Part shown: positions 9,489 through 19,580 of the stretch, piece after piece
Layout of the letters: every line of letters begins with the position of its first letter
Position numbering within the stretch: position 1 is the stretch's first letter
Assembly (NCBI GenBank): GCA_036336835.1
Contig: JAYZFK010000061.1
Coordinates: forward strand, 1 to 22,000
From: Myxococcota bacterium
GTDB taxonomy: Bacteria > Myxococcota_A > UBA9160 > UBA4427
Length of the DNA stretch: 22,000 nt
Reading direction: 5' to 3'
Made by a program: the position numbers and the translations under genes
The notes under the pieces: model-generated
Databases searched by the model: none
Seen by the model: the letters and a program-made list of their open reading frames with translations, nothing else
What the model was told of the DNA's origin: nothing

Positions 9489-10862
9489 ATGGCAGCGAAA
9501 GCGAAGAGCCGAACCAAGATCCTGAACGTCCTGACGACCAAGGACGCGGATTTCGAGAGCGCGTGGCAGACGTTGTGCGATCGGCGCGGCGAACAGGCTG
9601 CCGACGCTGACGACGTGGTCAAGGCGATCATTGCGGCCGTCCGCGAGCGTGGCGATGCCGAGGTGCTGGACGGTATCGAGCGCTTCGACGGCGCGACGCT
9701 CGAGCAGCTCGAGGTAACCGGCGAGGAGTGGGAGGCGGGCTGCGACGCCGTCGACCCGGCGGACCGCGCCGCGATCGGCAAGGCCGCGATGCGCGTGCGC
9801 GACTTTCACCGCAAGCGGATCCCGTCGAGCTGGGAGATGCGCGAGGAGGGCGGCGCCTTCATGGGCGCGCGCGTGCGCCCGCTCGAGCGAGTGGGCATCT
9901 ACGTGCCGGGCGGCAAGGCGGTGTATCCGTCTACCGTGATCATGAACGCGGTACCAGCCTCGGTCGTCGAGGTGCCCGAGGTCGTGATGGCGACACCGCC
10001 CGGGGCCGACGGCCAGATTCAACCCGAGGTGCTGATGGCGGCGCGCGTTGCTGGTGTGCACCGCATCTTCAAGATGGGTGGCGCGCACGCCGTGGCGGCG
10101 CTGGCGTACGGTACGCAGAGCGTGCCCCGGGTCGACAAGATCACTGGTCCCGGCAACATCTACGTCGCAACCGCAAAACGGCAGGTCTTCGGGCAGGTCG
10201 GGATCGATAGCGAGGCGGGGCCGACCGAGGTCGCGATCATTGCCGATCGTTCGGCGACTCCGGCCTGGCTAGCGGCCGATCTGATCTCGCAGGCCGAGCA
10301 CGACGAGCTCGCGCAGGCGGTGCTGATCACACACATCAAGAGCATTGCCTCGCGTGTCGAGACTCAGCTGAGCAGGCAGCTCAAGGGCCTCGAGCGGGTC
10401 GCCATCGCGAAGGCTTCGCTGTCCACGCGCGGTGCCATCGTGCTGACCAAGAACCTCGACGAATCGATCGAGCTGGCCAACGCGTACGCCTCCGAGCACC
10501 TGGTGCTCGCGACCGAGGCGCCCGAGTCGCTGCTGAAGCGCGTTACGAATGCCGGAGCGGTGTTCCTGGGCCACTACACTCCGGTCGCCGTGGGCGATTA
10601 CATCGCCGGCCCCAACCACGTGCTCCCGACCGGCGGGACGGCGCGCTTCTTCTCGCCCCTGGGAGTCGAGGACTTCCTCAAGCGGACGAGCTTCGTGCGC
10701 TTCGAGCCGCCGAAGCTTCGCGAGCTCGGGCTCGATATCATCCGGCTCGCCGAGATCGAGGGCCTGACCGGCCACGGTCGATCGGTCGACCTGCGACTCC
10801 AGAAGATCCGCCGCGCAAGGCGCGAGCGCGAAGCCGCCAGGGAGGCGGATGCCAAGCTATGA
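9489..10862 (+). CDS. hisD: Histidinol dehydrogenase
   Basis: VGIYVPGGKA, GGAHAVAALAYGT, GPGNIYV, AGPTEV, SQAEHD, GDYIAGPNHVLPT. GGAGG at 9476-9480 favours a start at 9486 or 9489. Confidence 0.96.
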   Translation: MAAKAKSRTKILNVLTTKDADFESAWQTLCDRRGEQAADADDVVKAIIAAVRERGDAEVLDGIERFDGATLEQLEVTGEEWEAGCDAVDPADRAAIGKAAMRVRDFHRKRIPSSWEMREEGGAFMGARVRPLERVGIYVPGGKAVYPSTVIMNAVPASVVEVPEVVMATPPGADGQIQPEVLMAARVAGVHRIFKMGGAHAVAALAYGTQSVPRVDKITGPGNIYVATAKRQVFGQVGIDSEAGPTEVAIIADRSATPAWLAADLISQAEHDELAQAVLITHIKSIASRVETQLSRQLKGLERVAIAKASLSTRGAIVLTKNLDESIELANAYASEHLVLATEAPESLLKRVTNAGAVFLGHYTPVAVGDYIAGPNHVLPTGGTARFFSPLGVEDFLKRTSFVRFEPPKLRELGLDIIRLAEIEGLTGHGRSVDLRLQKIRRARREREAAREADAKL

Positions 10863-11473
10863 GCGAAGTTCCCCCCCAAGCCACGCGTCGTCGCACGGCG
10901 ACGGTCTCCCGCAAGACGAAGGAGACCGACATACAGGTCGAGCTCGATCTCGACGGCTCCGGCCAGTATGAGGTGTCGACCGGGATCGCCTTCTTCGACC
11001 ACATGCTCGAGAGCTTCGCCCGGCACGGCCTGTTCGACCTCGCGCTGCAGGCTGGGGGAGACCTCGAGGTCGACCTGCACCACACCGTGGAGGACGTCGG
11101 CATCGCGCTCGGCCGGGCCTTCCGCGAAGCACTCGGCACCGCGGAGGGCATCTGCCGCTACGGCTCGTTCGTGCTGCCAATGGCCGAGTCGAAGGTCGAG
11201 GTGGCGGTCGACGTCAGCAACCGCCCCTTCCTGGTGTATCAGCTCGAGCTCGAGAACGATCGCATTGGGAGCTTCGACGTCTCGCTTACCGAGGATTTCC
11301 TCTACGCCTTCAGCCAGAGCGCGGGTCTCGATCTCCACGTGGACAAGCGCTACGGCCGAAGCCCGCACCATGTGGTCGAAGCCGTATTCAAGGGCCTTGC
11401 GCGGGCCCTTCGAGTCGCAGTGGAGATCGATCCACGAGTCCAGGGCCTACCCACAGTCAAGGATGCCCTGTAG
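10859..11473 (+). CDS. hisB: Imidazoleglycerol-phosphate dehydratase (monofunctional)
   Basis: RKTKETDI, TGIAFFDHML, DLHHTVEDVGI, SPHHVVEAVFKGLARAL. No phosphatase domain. Confidence 0.96.
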   Translation: MSEVPPQATRRRTATVSRKTKETDIQVELDLDGSGQYEVSTGIAFFDHMLESFARHGLFDLALQAGGDLEVDLHHTVEDVGIALGRAFREALGTAEGICRYGSFVLPMAESKVEVAVDVSNRPFLVYQLELENDRIGSFDVSLTEDFLYAFSQSAGLDLHVDKRYGRSPHHVVEAVFKGLARALRVAVEIDPRVQGLPTVKDAL

Positions 11474-11499
11474 CGACCCCAGCACGCGGAGGATCGTGG

Positions 11500-12153
11500 A
11501 TGGCTGCGCCGGTTCGGGCGGCGCTAGTGGATTACGGAGCGGGCAATCTTCGCAGCGTTGCGAAGGCGCTCGAGCGGTCGGGTTTCGTCGTCGAGGTGAC
11601 GTCGGATCCGGCGGTCGTCGCCCGTGGGGACGGCGTCGTACTGCCCGGAGTTGGCGCGTTTCGTGACGCGGCCGAGCGCCTTCGCGATTCGGGCCTGGCC
11701 GATGCCTGCAAACGCGCGATGGAGGATGGGCGTCCCTATCTTGGCCTTTGCTTCGGGCTGCAGCTGCTGTTCGAAGAGGGTACCGAGCACGGGACGACGC
11801 CGGGCTTCGGACTGCTCGGCGGTCGTGTCGAGCGCTTTCCCGAGACCGATGCGGACGGCAGATCGCTGATCGTTCCGCACATCGGCTGGAACGAGGTGCG
11901 CTTCGACAGGGACTCGGAGCACCCCATGCTCGAGCAGCTGCCGGACAGCGACTACTTCTACTTCGTGCACTCCTATCGACCGGTGCCGGCAGACCCCGGG
12001 GTCGTGGTCGGCCGCACGGACTACGGCGGCGAGTTCGCTTCGGCGGTCGCGACCGGGTCGATCTTCGCCGCCCAGTTCCACCCCGAGAAGAGCCAGGGCG
12101 CTGGCCGGCGGCTGCTCGACGCCTATCGCGCCTGGGTCGAGGCCGCCCGATGA
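11500..12153 (+). CDS. hisH: Imidazole glycerol phosphate synthase, glutaminase subunit
   Basis: DYGAGNLRSV, LPGVGAF, nucleophile GLCFGLQ, PHIGWN, YFVHSY, QFHPEKS. Confidence 0.96.
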   Translation: MAAPVRAALVDYGAGNLRSVAKALERSGFVVEVTSDPAVVARGDGVVLPGVGAFRDAAERLRDSGLADACKRAMEDGRPYLGLCFGLQLLFEEGTEHGTTPGFGLLGGRVERFPETDADGRSLIVPHIGWNEVRFDRDSEHPMLEQLPDSDYFYFVHSYRPVPADPGVVVGRTDYGGEFASAVATGSIFAAQFHPEKSQGAGRRLLDAYRAWVEAAR

Positions 12154-12899
12154 GCAGCTTCGAAGTGATTCCGGCGATCGATCTGCTCGGCGGCCAGGCC
12201 GTGCGCCTCACGCAGGGCCGCTACGATCAGGCGACTGTCTACGACGCGAACCCAGCCGAGGTCGCAGCGCGCTTCGCGAGCCACGGCATCCGGCGCTTGC
12301 ACGCCGTCGACCTCGACGGCGCCAGGGCCGGCCATCCGGTGAACCGTGATGCGATCCGCCAGATCATCGACGCTGTCGGCGACGTGCCGGTGCAGCTGGG
12401 GGGCGGTCTTCGCACCCTGGACGCCATCGAGGAGGTGCTGGCCAGCGGCGTGCAGCGCGTGATCCTAGGCACTGGTGCGCTGCGCGAGCCCGAGCTCGTG
12501 CGCGAGGCGGCCAGGCGCAACCCGGGCCGGATCGTGGTCGGTATCGATGCCAGGGACGGACGGGTCGCCGTCGGGGGCTGGCTCGAGGCGAGCGATGTCG
12601 CTGCCCCCGATCTCGCACGCGAGTTCGAAGACGCCGGTGTAGCGGCGATCGTCTACACCGACATCGCGCGCGACGGCACGCTGAGTGGACCGAATCTCGC
12701 AGCCACGGTCGCTCTGGCACGAGCCGTCTCCATCCCCGTCATCGTCTCGGGCGGCGTCGCGCAGATCGACGACCTGCTCGATGCCGCGGCGCATGCCGCC
12801 GATGGGATCGCGGGCGCGATCGTGGGCCGCGCGCTCTACACCGGCGCAGTCGATCTGGCCCAGGCGCTCGCCCGCGTCGAGCAGGCGATCGCGTGCTGA
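12150..12899 (+). CDS. hisA: ProFAR isomerase
   Basis: [54 protein letters not shown]. True start is ATG 12150 (ATGA overlap with hisH), not 11748 as in the ORF track. Confidence 0.95.
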   Translation: MSSFEVIPAIDLLGGQAVRLTQGRYDQATVYDANPAEVAARFASHGIRRLHAVDLDGARAGHPVNRDAIRQIIDAVGDVPVQLGGGLRTLDAIEEVLASGVQRVILGTGALREPELVREAARRNPGRIVVGIDARDGRVAVGGWLEASDVAAPDLAREFEDAGVAAIVYTDIARDGTLSGPNLAATVALARAVSIPVIVSGGVAQIDDLLDAAAHAADGIAGAIVGRALYTGAVDLAQALARVEQAIAC

Positions 12900-13768
12900 C
12901 GCGGCGCATCATCCCGTGCCTCGACGTCGACCGGGGCCGCGTGGTGAAGGGCGTGCAGTACGTCGACCACATCGACGCGGGGGACCCGGTCGAAGTTGCA
13001 CGTATGTACGACGAGCAGGAAGCCGACGAGCTCACCTTTCTCGACATCACGGCGAGTCACGAGGAGCGCCGAATTCTGTTCGACGTCGTATCGCGCACTG
13101 CCGAGAGCGTGTTTCTGCCGCTCACCGTGGGCGGTGGCGTACGCACGATCGACGATATCCGCGACTTGCTGAACTCGGGCGCCGACAAAGTCTCCGTCAT
13201 GACGGCGGCTGTGAACGATCCCGACTTGATGGCCAATGCCGCGCGGCGCATCGGCAGTGCGAACCTGGTGATCGCGATCGACGCGCGCTGTATTGCCAGC
13301 CGGAGCAGCGACGGTGTGCTGGTCCCGAGCGAACGCAAGCGACGCGCCGATCCGCCGGCGGGTACGGCACTCGCCCCCGTGGTCGAGGGCGAGACGCGCT
13401 GGGAGGTCTGCACGCACGGCGGGCGCGAGCCCACGGGCATCGACGCCGTCAGGTGGGCCGCCGTGATGGCCGACGCCGGCGCGGGCGAGGTCCTGCTCAC
13501 CAGCATGGATCGTGACGGGACCCGAGCCGGCTACGACCTCGAGCTGCTCCGCGCCGTCGGCGATGCCGTCACCATCCCTGTGATCGCCTCGGGCGGGGGC
13601 GGAAGCGCAGATGACCTTGCCGCCGCGCTCGATGACGGCCCGGCCGGCGGGCATGCTCAGGCCGCGCTTGCCGCATCGATCTTCCACTTCAAGGAGACCA
13701 CGGTCGGCGATGTCAAGCGCGCCCTGATGGCACGCGGCATCGCGGTCCGGCCGCCGTCAAACACTTGA
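12893..13768 (+). CDS. hisF: Imidazole glycerol phosphate synthase, cyclase subunit
   Basis: [58 protein letters not shown]. Confidence 0.96.
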   Translation: MLTRRIIPCLDVDRGRVVKGVQYVDHIDAGDPVEVARMYDEQEADELTFLDITASHEERRILFDVVSRTAESVFLPLTVGGGVRTIDDIRDLLNSGADKVSVMTAAVNDPDLMANAARRIGSANLVIAIDARCIASRSSDGVLVPSERKRRADPPAGTALAPVVEGETRWEVCTHGGREPTGIDAVRWAAVMADAGAGEVLLTSMDRDGTRAGYDLELLRAVGDAVTIPVIASGGGGSADDLAAALDDGPAGGHAQAALAASIFHFKETTVGDVKRALMARGIAVRPPSNT

Positions 13769-13859
13769 CGCGCTGCCCGTCGGCCGAGGACGAGAAAAGC
13801 GCTGTTGCCCCGCGGGCCTGGCCGCCCTGTCGTCGCCCCGTCGCCGCCTGCGGCGGCGC

Positions 13860-13888
13860 TTGCCGCACGTAACTTGCTTCGCTAGCTT
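13860..13888 (+). promoter_or_regulatory. Candidate sigma70 promoter for rpsU-dnaG-rpoD
   Basis: TTGCCG (13860-13865), 17-bp spacer, TAGCTT (13883-13888). A weaker TTGACC-16-TAGCTC lies at 13975-14002. Confidence 0.4.
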
Positions 13889-14031
13889 GCTGAACTCGTT
13901 ACGGAAAGTCTGACGAGCGGCGAGTGGGATCGTTCCTGCCGAATCCCGGTTTCGTCGCTCTCTAGGCCTGAGCCTTGACCCCCCCCTGCGGAGCGCTAGC
14001 TCTTCGCGGAGGCCCAGGAGAGCAAGTCGAA

Positions 14032-14229
14032 ATGCCCGTTATCAAAGTCAAGGACAACGAATCCTTCGAGGGCGCTCTCAAGCGTTTCAAGAAATCTTGC
14101 GAGAAGGCCGGCATCCTCACGGAGCTGCGTCGACGCGAGTTCTACGACAAGCCCAGCATCCGCCAGAAGAAGAAAGCCGCGGCTGCGCGCAAGCGCGCCC
14201 TCAAGAAGCTGCGACGAATGGGGCGCTGA
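14032..14229 (+). CDS. rpsU: 30S ribosomal protein S21
   Basis: [45 protein letters not shown] 14032 lies downstream of AGGAG. Confidence 0.96.
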   Translation: MPVIKVKDNESFEGALKRFKKSCEKAGILTELRRREFYDKPSIRQKKKAAAARKRALKKLRRMGR

Positions 14230-14281
14230 GCGAGGGAGCAACGGGAAACCAGGCGACCAGGATCGACGCGGAGTAACTGGG

Positions 14282-16099
14282 TTGGGACGAATTCCCGAAG
14301 CGACGATCAGCGAGATCCGCAGCCGCATCGACATTGTCGATCTCGTCAGTCGCTATGTCCGACTCAAGAAGGCCGGTCGGAATCACAAGGGCCTGTGTCC
14401 CTTCCACGACGAGAAGACGCCCTCCTTCAACGTCTCTCCCGATCGGCAGATCTATCACTGCTTTGGTTGCCAGGCCGGCGGCGATGTCGTCGAGTTCTTG
14501 ATGCAGCATGACAAGCTGACCTTCCCCGAGGCCGTGCGCGCACTCGCGGGCGAGTGCGGCGTCGAGGTCCCGGAAGAACACGGCGATCCTGCGGCTCGAG
14601 GCATCTCCGAACGGGTGTTCGAGGCCAACGACGTTGCGCAACGCCTGTACGTGGATGCGCTCGCGTCTGCGGAGGGCGAGGGCGCACGCGCCTATCTTGC
14701 AAAGCGCGGCTTGTCGAGTGACGAAGCCCGCGAACTCGGCGTCGGCTTCGCACCAGATCGCTGGGACGCCATCGAGCGAGCGCTGCGTGCCAAGAAGATC
14801 GCTGCCGATCTCGGCGAGAAGGCGGGCCTGCTGGTGCCGCGCAAGGGCGGCGACGGCCACTACGACCGGCTTCGCGGCCGAGTGACGTTTCCGATCTGTG
14901 ATATCCGCCGCCGCATCATCGGCTTCGGTGGCCGCGCCATGGGAGCGGATCAGGAGCCCAAATACCTGAACACGCCCGAGAGCCCGGTGTTCCGGAAGCG
15001 CGAATCGTTCTATGGGTTTCCCTGGGCGCTCGAATCGATCCGCAAGCGCGATCGCACGATCGTGTGCGAGGGCTACTTCGATCGCATCGCTCTACAGCGC
15101 GCTGGCCTGGGCGAAGCGCTTGCCACCTGCGGCACCGCGCTCACCCACGATCACGCACGCAATCTGCGCCGCCGCACGCGGACCGTCGTCCTGCTGTTCG
15201 ACGGTGACGAGGCCGGGCGCAACGCGATGGAGAAGGCGCTCGAGGTGTTGCTCCCCGAGGGCCTGCGCGTGCGTGCGGCGCTGCTGCCCGACGGGCAGGA
15301 TCCTGACGACTTCCTGGCGGCGCAGGGTGCCGAGGCGCTGTGCAAGCTGGTCGACGAGGCCCCCGATGCGCTCGAGCTCGTGATCCGGCGCGCGGTCGAG
15401 CGAGGCATCGGCTCGCCGGCCGACAAGGCCGATGCGGTCGCACACGTCGCCCCGCTGATCACGCTGGTTGCCGACGCGGTGGAGCGCGAGGCCTATGTCC
15501 GGCGACTCGCGCTGACGATGGACTCGAGCGAGTCCGCGGTGGGCACCATCGTGCGTCGGGCGCGCCAGGGCGGGGCCCCGGCCAGCGAGGTCGAGCTGGC
15601 AACGCCTCGTCCGCAGCGAAGTGCTCCCGCGGAGCGCCACCTGTCCCTGTTGTGCAGTGTGCTGCTGCGCCATCCAACCCTCGCGACGCCCGAAACGCGC
15701 AGTCGGATCGAGACGAGCCTGTTCGACGACGATTGGCGTCGTGTCGCGCTCGCACTCGTGGCAGCCTCGGAGAACGGTCAGGTCGATGCCGACGGTGCCA
15801 TCGACCACCACCGCGTCGCCGAGTCTCTCGGTCTCGATGCGCGCTCGCTGTTGTTCGAGGTTGCCGCCGGGGACGACCCGCTCGACCCCGAAGCGAAGCC
15901 CGAACTCGTCGTGCACGACGTGCTCGCCTGGTTCGAGCGCCGCGCGCGTTCGCGGCACCAACGTCAGACCACGCAGCGGCTGCGCGAGCCCGGCGCCTCC
16001 GCTGCGGAGCTCGCCGGCCTGCTCGCGGAGAAGCAGCGCGAACTCGAGGCGAAGCGCGCGCGCGCCGCCGCCCAGAAGACTGCAGGAGCCCCCCAGTGA
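14282..16099 (+). CDS. dnaG: DNA primase
   Basis: Zn finger CPFHDEKTPSF...CFGC, PKYLNTPE, TOPRIM EGYFD and FDGDEAG, DPDD. TTG start preceded by GGAG. Confidence 0.97.
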   Translation: MGRIPEATISEIRSRIDIVDLVSRYVRLKKAGRNHKGLCPFHDEKTPSFNVSPDRQIYHCFGCQAGGDVVEFLMQHDKLTFPEAVRALAGECGVEVPEEHGDPAARGISERVFEANDVAQRLYVDALASAEGEGARAYLAKRGLSSDEARELGVGFAPDRWDAIERALRAKKIAADLGEKAGLLVPRKGGDGHYDRLRGRVTFPICDIRRRIIGFGGRAMGADQEPKYLNTPESPVFRKRESFYGFPWALESIRKRDRTIVCEGYFDRIALQRAGLGEALATCGTALTHDHARNLRRRTRTVVLLFDGDEAGRNAMEKALEVLLPEGLRVRAALLPDGQDPDDFLAAQGAEALCKLVDEAPDALELVIRRAVERGIGSPADKADAVAHVAPLITLVADAVEREAYVRRLALTMDSSESAVGTIVRRARQGGAPASEVELATPRPQRSAPAERHLSLLCSVLLRHPTLATPETRSRIETSLFDDDWRRVALALVAASENGQVDADGAIDHHRVAESLGLDARSLLFEVAAGDDPLDPEAKPELVVHDVLAWFERRARSRHQRQTTQRLREPGASAAELAGLLAEKQRELEAKRARAAAQKTAGAPQ

Positions 16100-16102
16100 C
16101 GT

Positions 16103-16132
16103 CGCTCTTCCGGACCCACCGGACGAGCGTTT
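16103..16132 (+). terminator. Hairpin between dnaG and rpoD (weak terminator or processing/stability element)
   Basis: CGCTC-T-TCCGG / ACCCA loop / CCGGA-C-GAGCG followed by only TTT. Confidence 0.3.
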
Positions 16133-16168
16133 CACCCCGTCAGTCCAGCACGAACAGGAGACCCCCCC

Positions 16169-17992
<1,824 letters not shown>

Positions 17993-18002
17993 GCGAGCAG
18001 CG

Positions 18003-18095
18003 GTGCTGCGCCGCGTGATAGCGGCGCTCGCCCTCGTCGTCGTGGTGATCGTCGGTGGACAGGCGTTGCTGCCCGCGCCGCTGCTGCTGGCCGCG
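18003..18095 (+). pseudogene. Probable 5' remnant of a membrane-anchored or secreted protein gene
   Basis: [31 protein letters not shown] has a basic n-region and hydrophobic h-region. Beyond ~18095 the frame is just the antisense of the MarR fragment. Confidence 0.45.
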
Positions 18096-18437
18096 CCCGT
18101 CCCGCTCGTCGGGCAGGCGCATGACGTAGCCGTCGTCCTCGAGCTGCTGCACGAGCTGCCCCGCCCGCTGGATGCTGACTCCGGCTCGATCCGCCAGCGC
18201 CGACATCCCCAGACCGTCGGCGGGTAGATTTGGCACGAGGTGGGTCACGGAGACCGTCAGCTGATGCCCTCGCTGGCGCAGCTCCTCGCTGATCTGCCGG
18301 CGCACGGCGGACGAGACCGAGACCAGGTGTCGGCTGATGTGAGAGACTTCCGTTCCGCCGGCTCCGCCATCGAGCGGAGGCGGCGGGCGGTTCGCGGCCA
18401 CGCTTGGGTCTCCTCTGATGGGGTCCCGGGGAAGCAT
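18090..18437 (-). pseudogene. Truncated MarR-family winged-helix regulator
   Basis: [41 protein letters not shown] is a MarR HTH plus wing up to the DxR motif. The second wing strand and C-terminal helices are replaced by unrelated sequence that reads to a stop at 17982, inside the rpoD 3' end. Confidence 0.7.
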
Positions 18438-18495
18438 AAGAAGATTTCTTTAGTATCTGCTCGTCGAGGAGTCATTCACTCCAGGGAGATCGACC

Positions 18496-19563
18496 ATGCC
18501 CGAAGCACGCCGACTGTTCTCTGCCGATTCGCACTGTGTGATCACCACGGATCAGGTCAAGGCGAACCTGGCCGCGAAGTACCACGCAGCGTGGGACGAG
18601 GGAATGGCGAAGTTCGACGTGGAGCGCGACCGCCTGCAGGCCGGCGAGACGCTCGAGCTCGAGGATTTCGTCGATCTCGAAGCCGCTCGCCACCCCGGCT
18701 ATTTCGATTCGAAGGCGCGTCTCGAAGTGATGGACGCCGATGGGGTCGAGTGCGAGGTGATGTACTCCGAGTTCGATTTTACCAGCAAGGTCTATCACGT
18801 CGGGGAGCACTGGAAGGAGTGCGCCACCGCGTACAACGACACGCTCTACCAGTTCGCCTCGATCGATCCGAAGCGCATTCTGATCACTTACCAGCTGCCA
18901 CTGATCGACATCGACTACGCCGCCTCCGAGATCTACCGGCTGGTCGACCTCGGGGCGCGCTCGATCCAGATTCCCAATTTTCCGAGCGAGCTCGGCATGC
19001 CCGACTACCACGACCCGTGCTACGAGAAGCTGTGGCACGCCTTCGAGGAGACGGGCGCCGTCGTCGCGAACCACCTCACGGTCAAGAACGAGCTGTGGGA
19101 CGTGTTCCGACGCGACCCGACACCTCAGAAGGGCATCTTCACCGGGCTGCCCTGCTTGGCTCTCGCCGAGACGCTGCAGTGGTACATCCTGACCGGCATC
19201 CTCGAACGCCATCCCAAGCTGCGGGTGGTGTTCGTCGAACCGGGGTTGTTCTGGTTGCCAGGCTATATCCGCTTCCTCGATAGCCGGATGCATCACCACT
19301 ACGAGTTCCCCGGAGTAAAGGAGCTGCCGTCCACCTACTTCCGGAACCAGATGGCAGCCACCTTCGTGCACGAGCCCGAGGGCGTCGAGCTCCGGCACGA
19401 AATCGGTCTGAACAACCTGATGTGGTCGACCGACTTCCCGCATCCAGTCTGCAACTGGCCCAACGCGGGCGACAAGATCCAGCAGATGTTCGAGGGCGTG
19501 CCGGAAGAGGAGGTGCGCGCGATCACCTGGGACAACGGCGCGCGCATGTACGGCATCGCCTGA
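18496..19563 (+). CDS. Amidohydrolase-superfamily protein (amidohydro_2 type), substrate unknown
   Basis: N-terminal SADSH, ARLEVMDADGV, GILERHPKLRVVFVEPG and C-terminal MWSTDFPH...NGARMYG. GGGAG RBS upstream. Confidence 0.9.
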   Translation: MPEARRLFSADSHCVITTDQVKANLAAKYHAAWDEGMAKFDVERDRLQAGETLELEDFVDLEAARHPGYFDSKARLEVMDADGVECEVMYSEFDFTSKVYHVGEHWKECATAYNDTLYQFASIDPKRILITYQLPLIDIDYAASEIYRLVDLGARSIQIPNFPSELGMPDYHDPCYEKLWHAFEETGAVVANHLTVKNELWDVFRRDPTPQKGIFTGLPCLALAETLQWYILTGILERHPKLRVVFVEPGLFWLPGYIRFLDSRMHHHYEFPGVKELPSTYFRNQMAATFVHEPEGVELRHEIGLNNLMWSTDFPHPVCNWPNAGDKIQQMFEGVPEEEVRAITWDNGARMYGIA

Positions 19564-19580
19564 AGCGATCGGAGGCGGCC

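Noticed and set aside
11748..12149. Apparent 134-aa N-terminal extension of HisA
   Set aside because: It overlaps hisH in another frame. ATG 12150 gives a normal HisA with an ATGA overlap.
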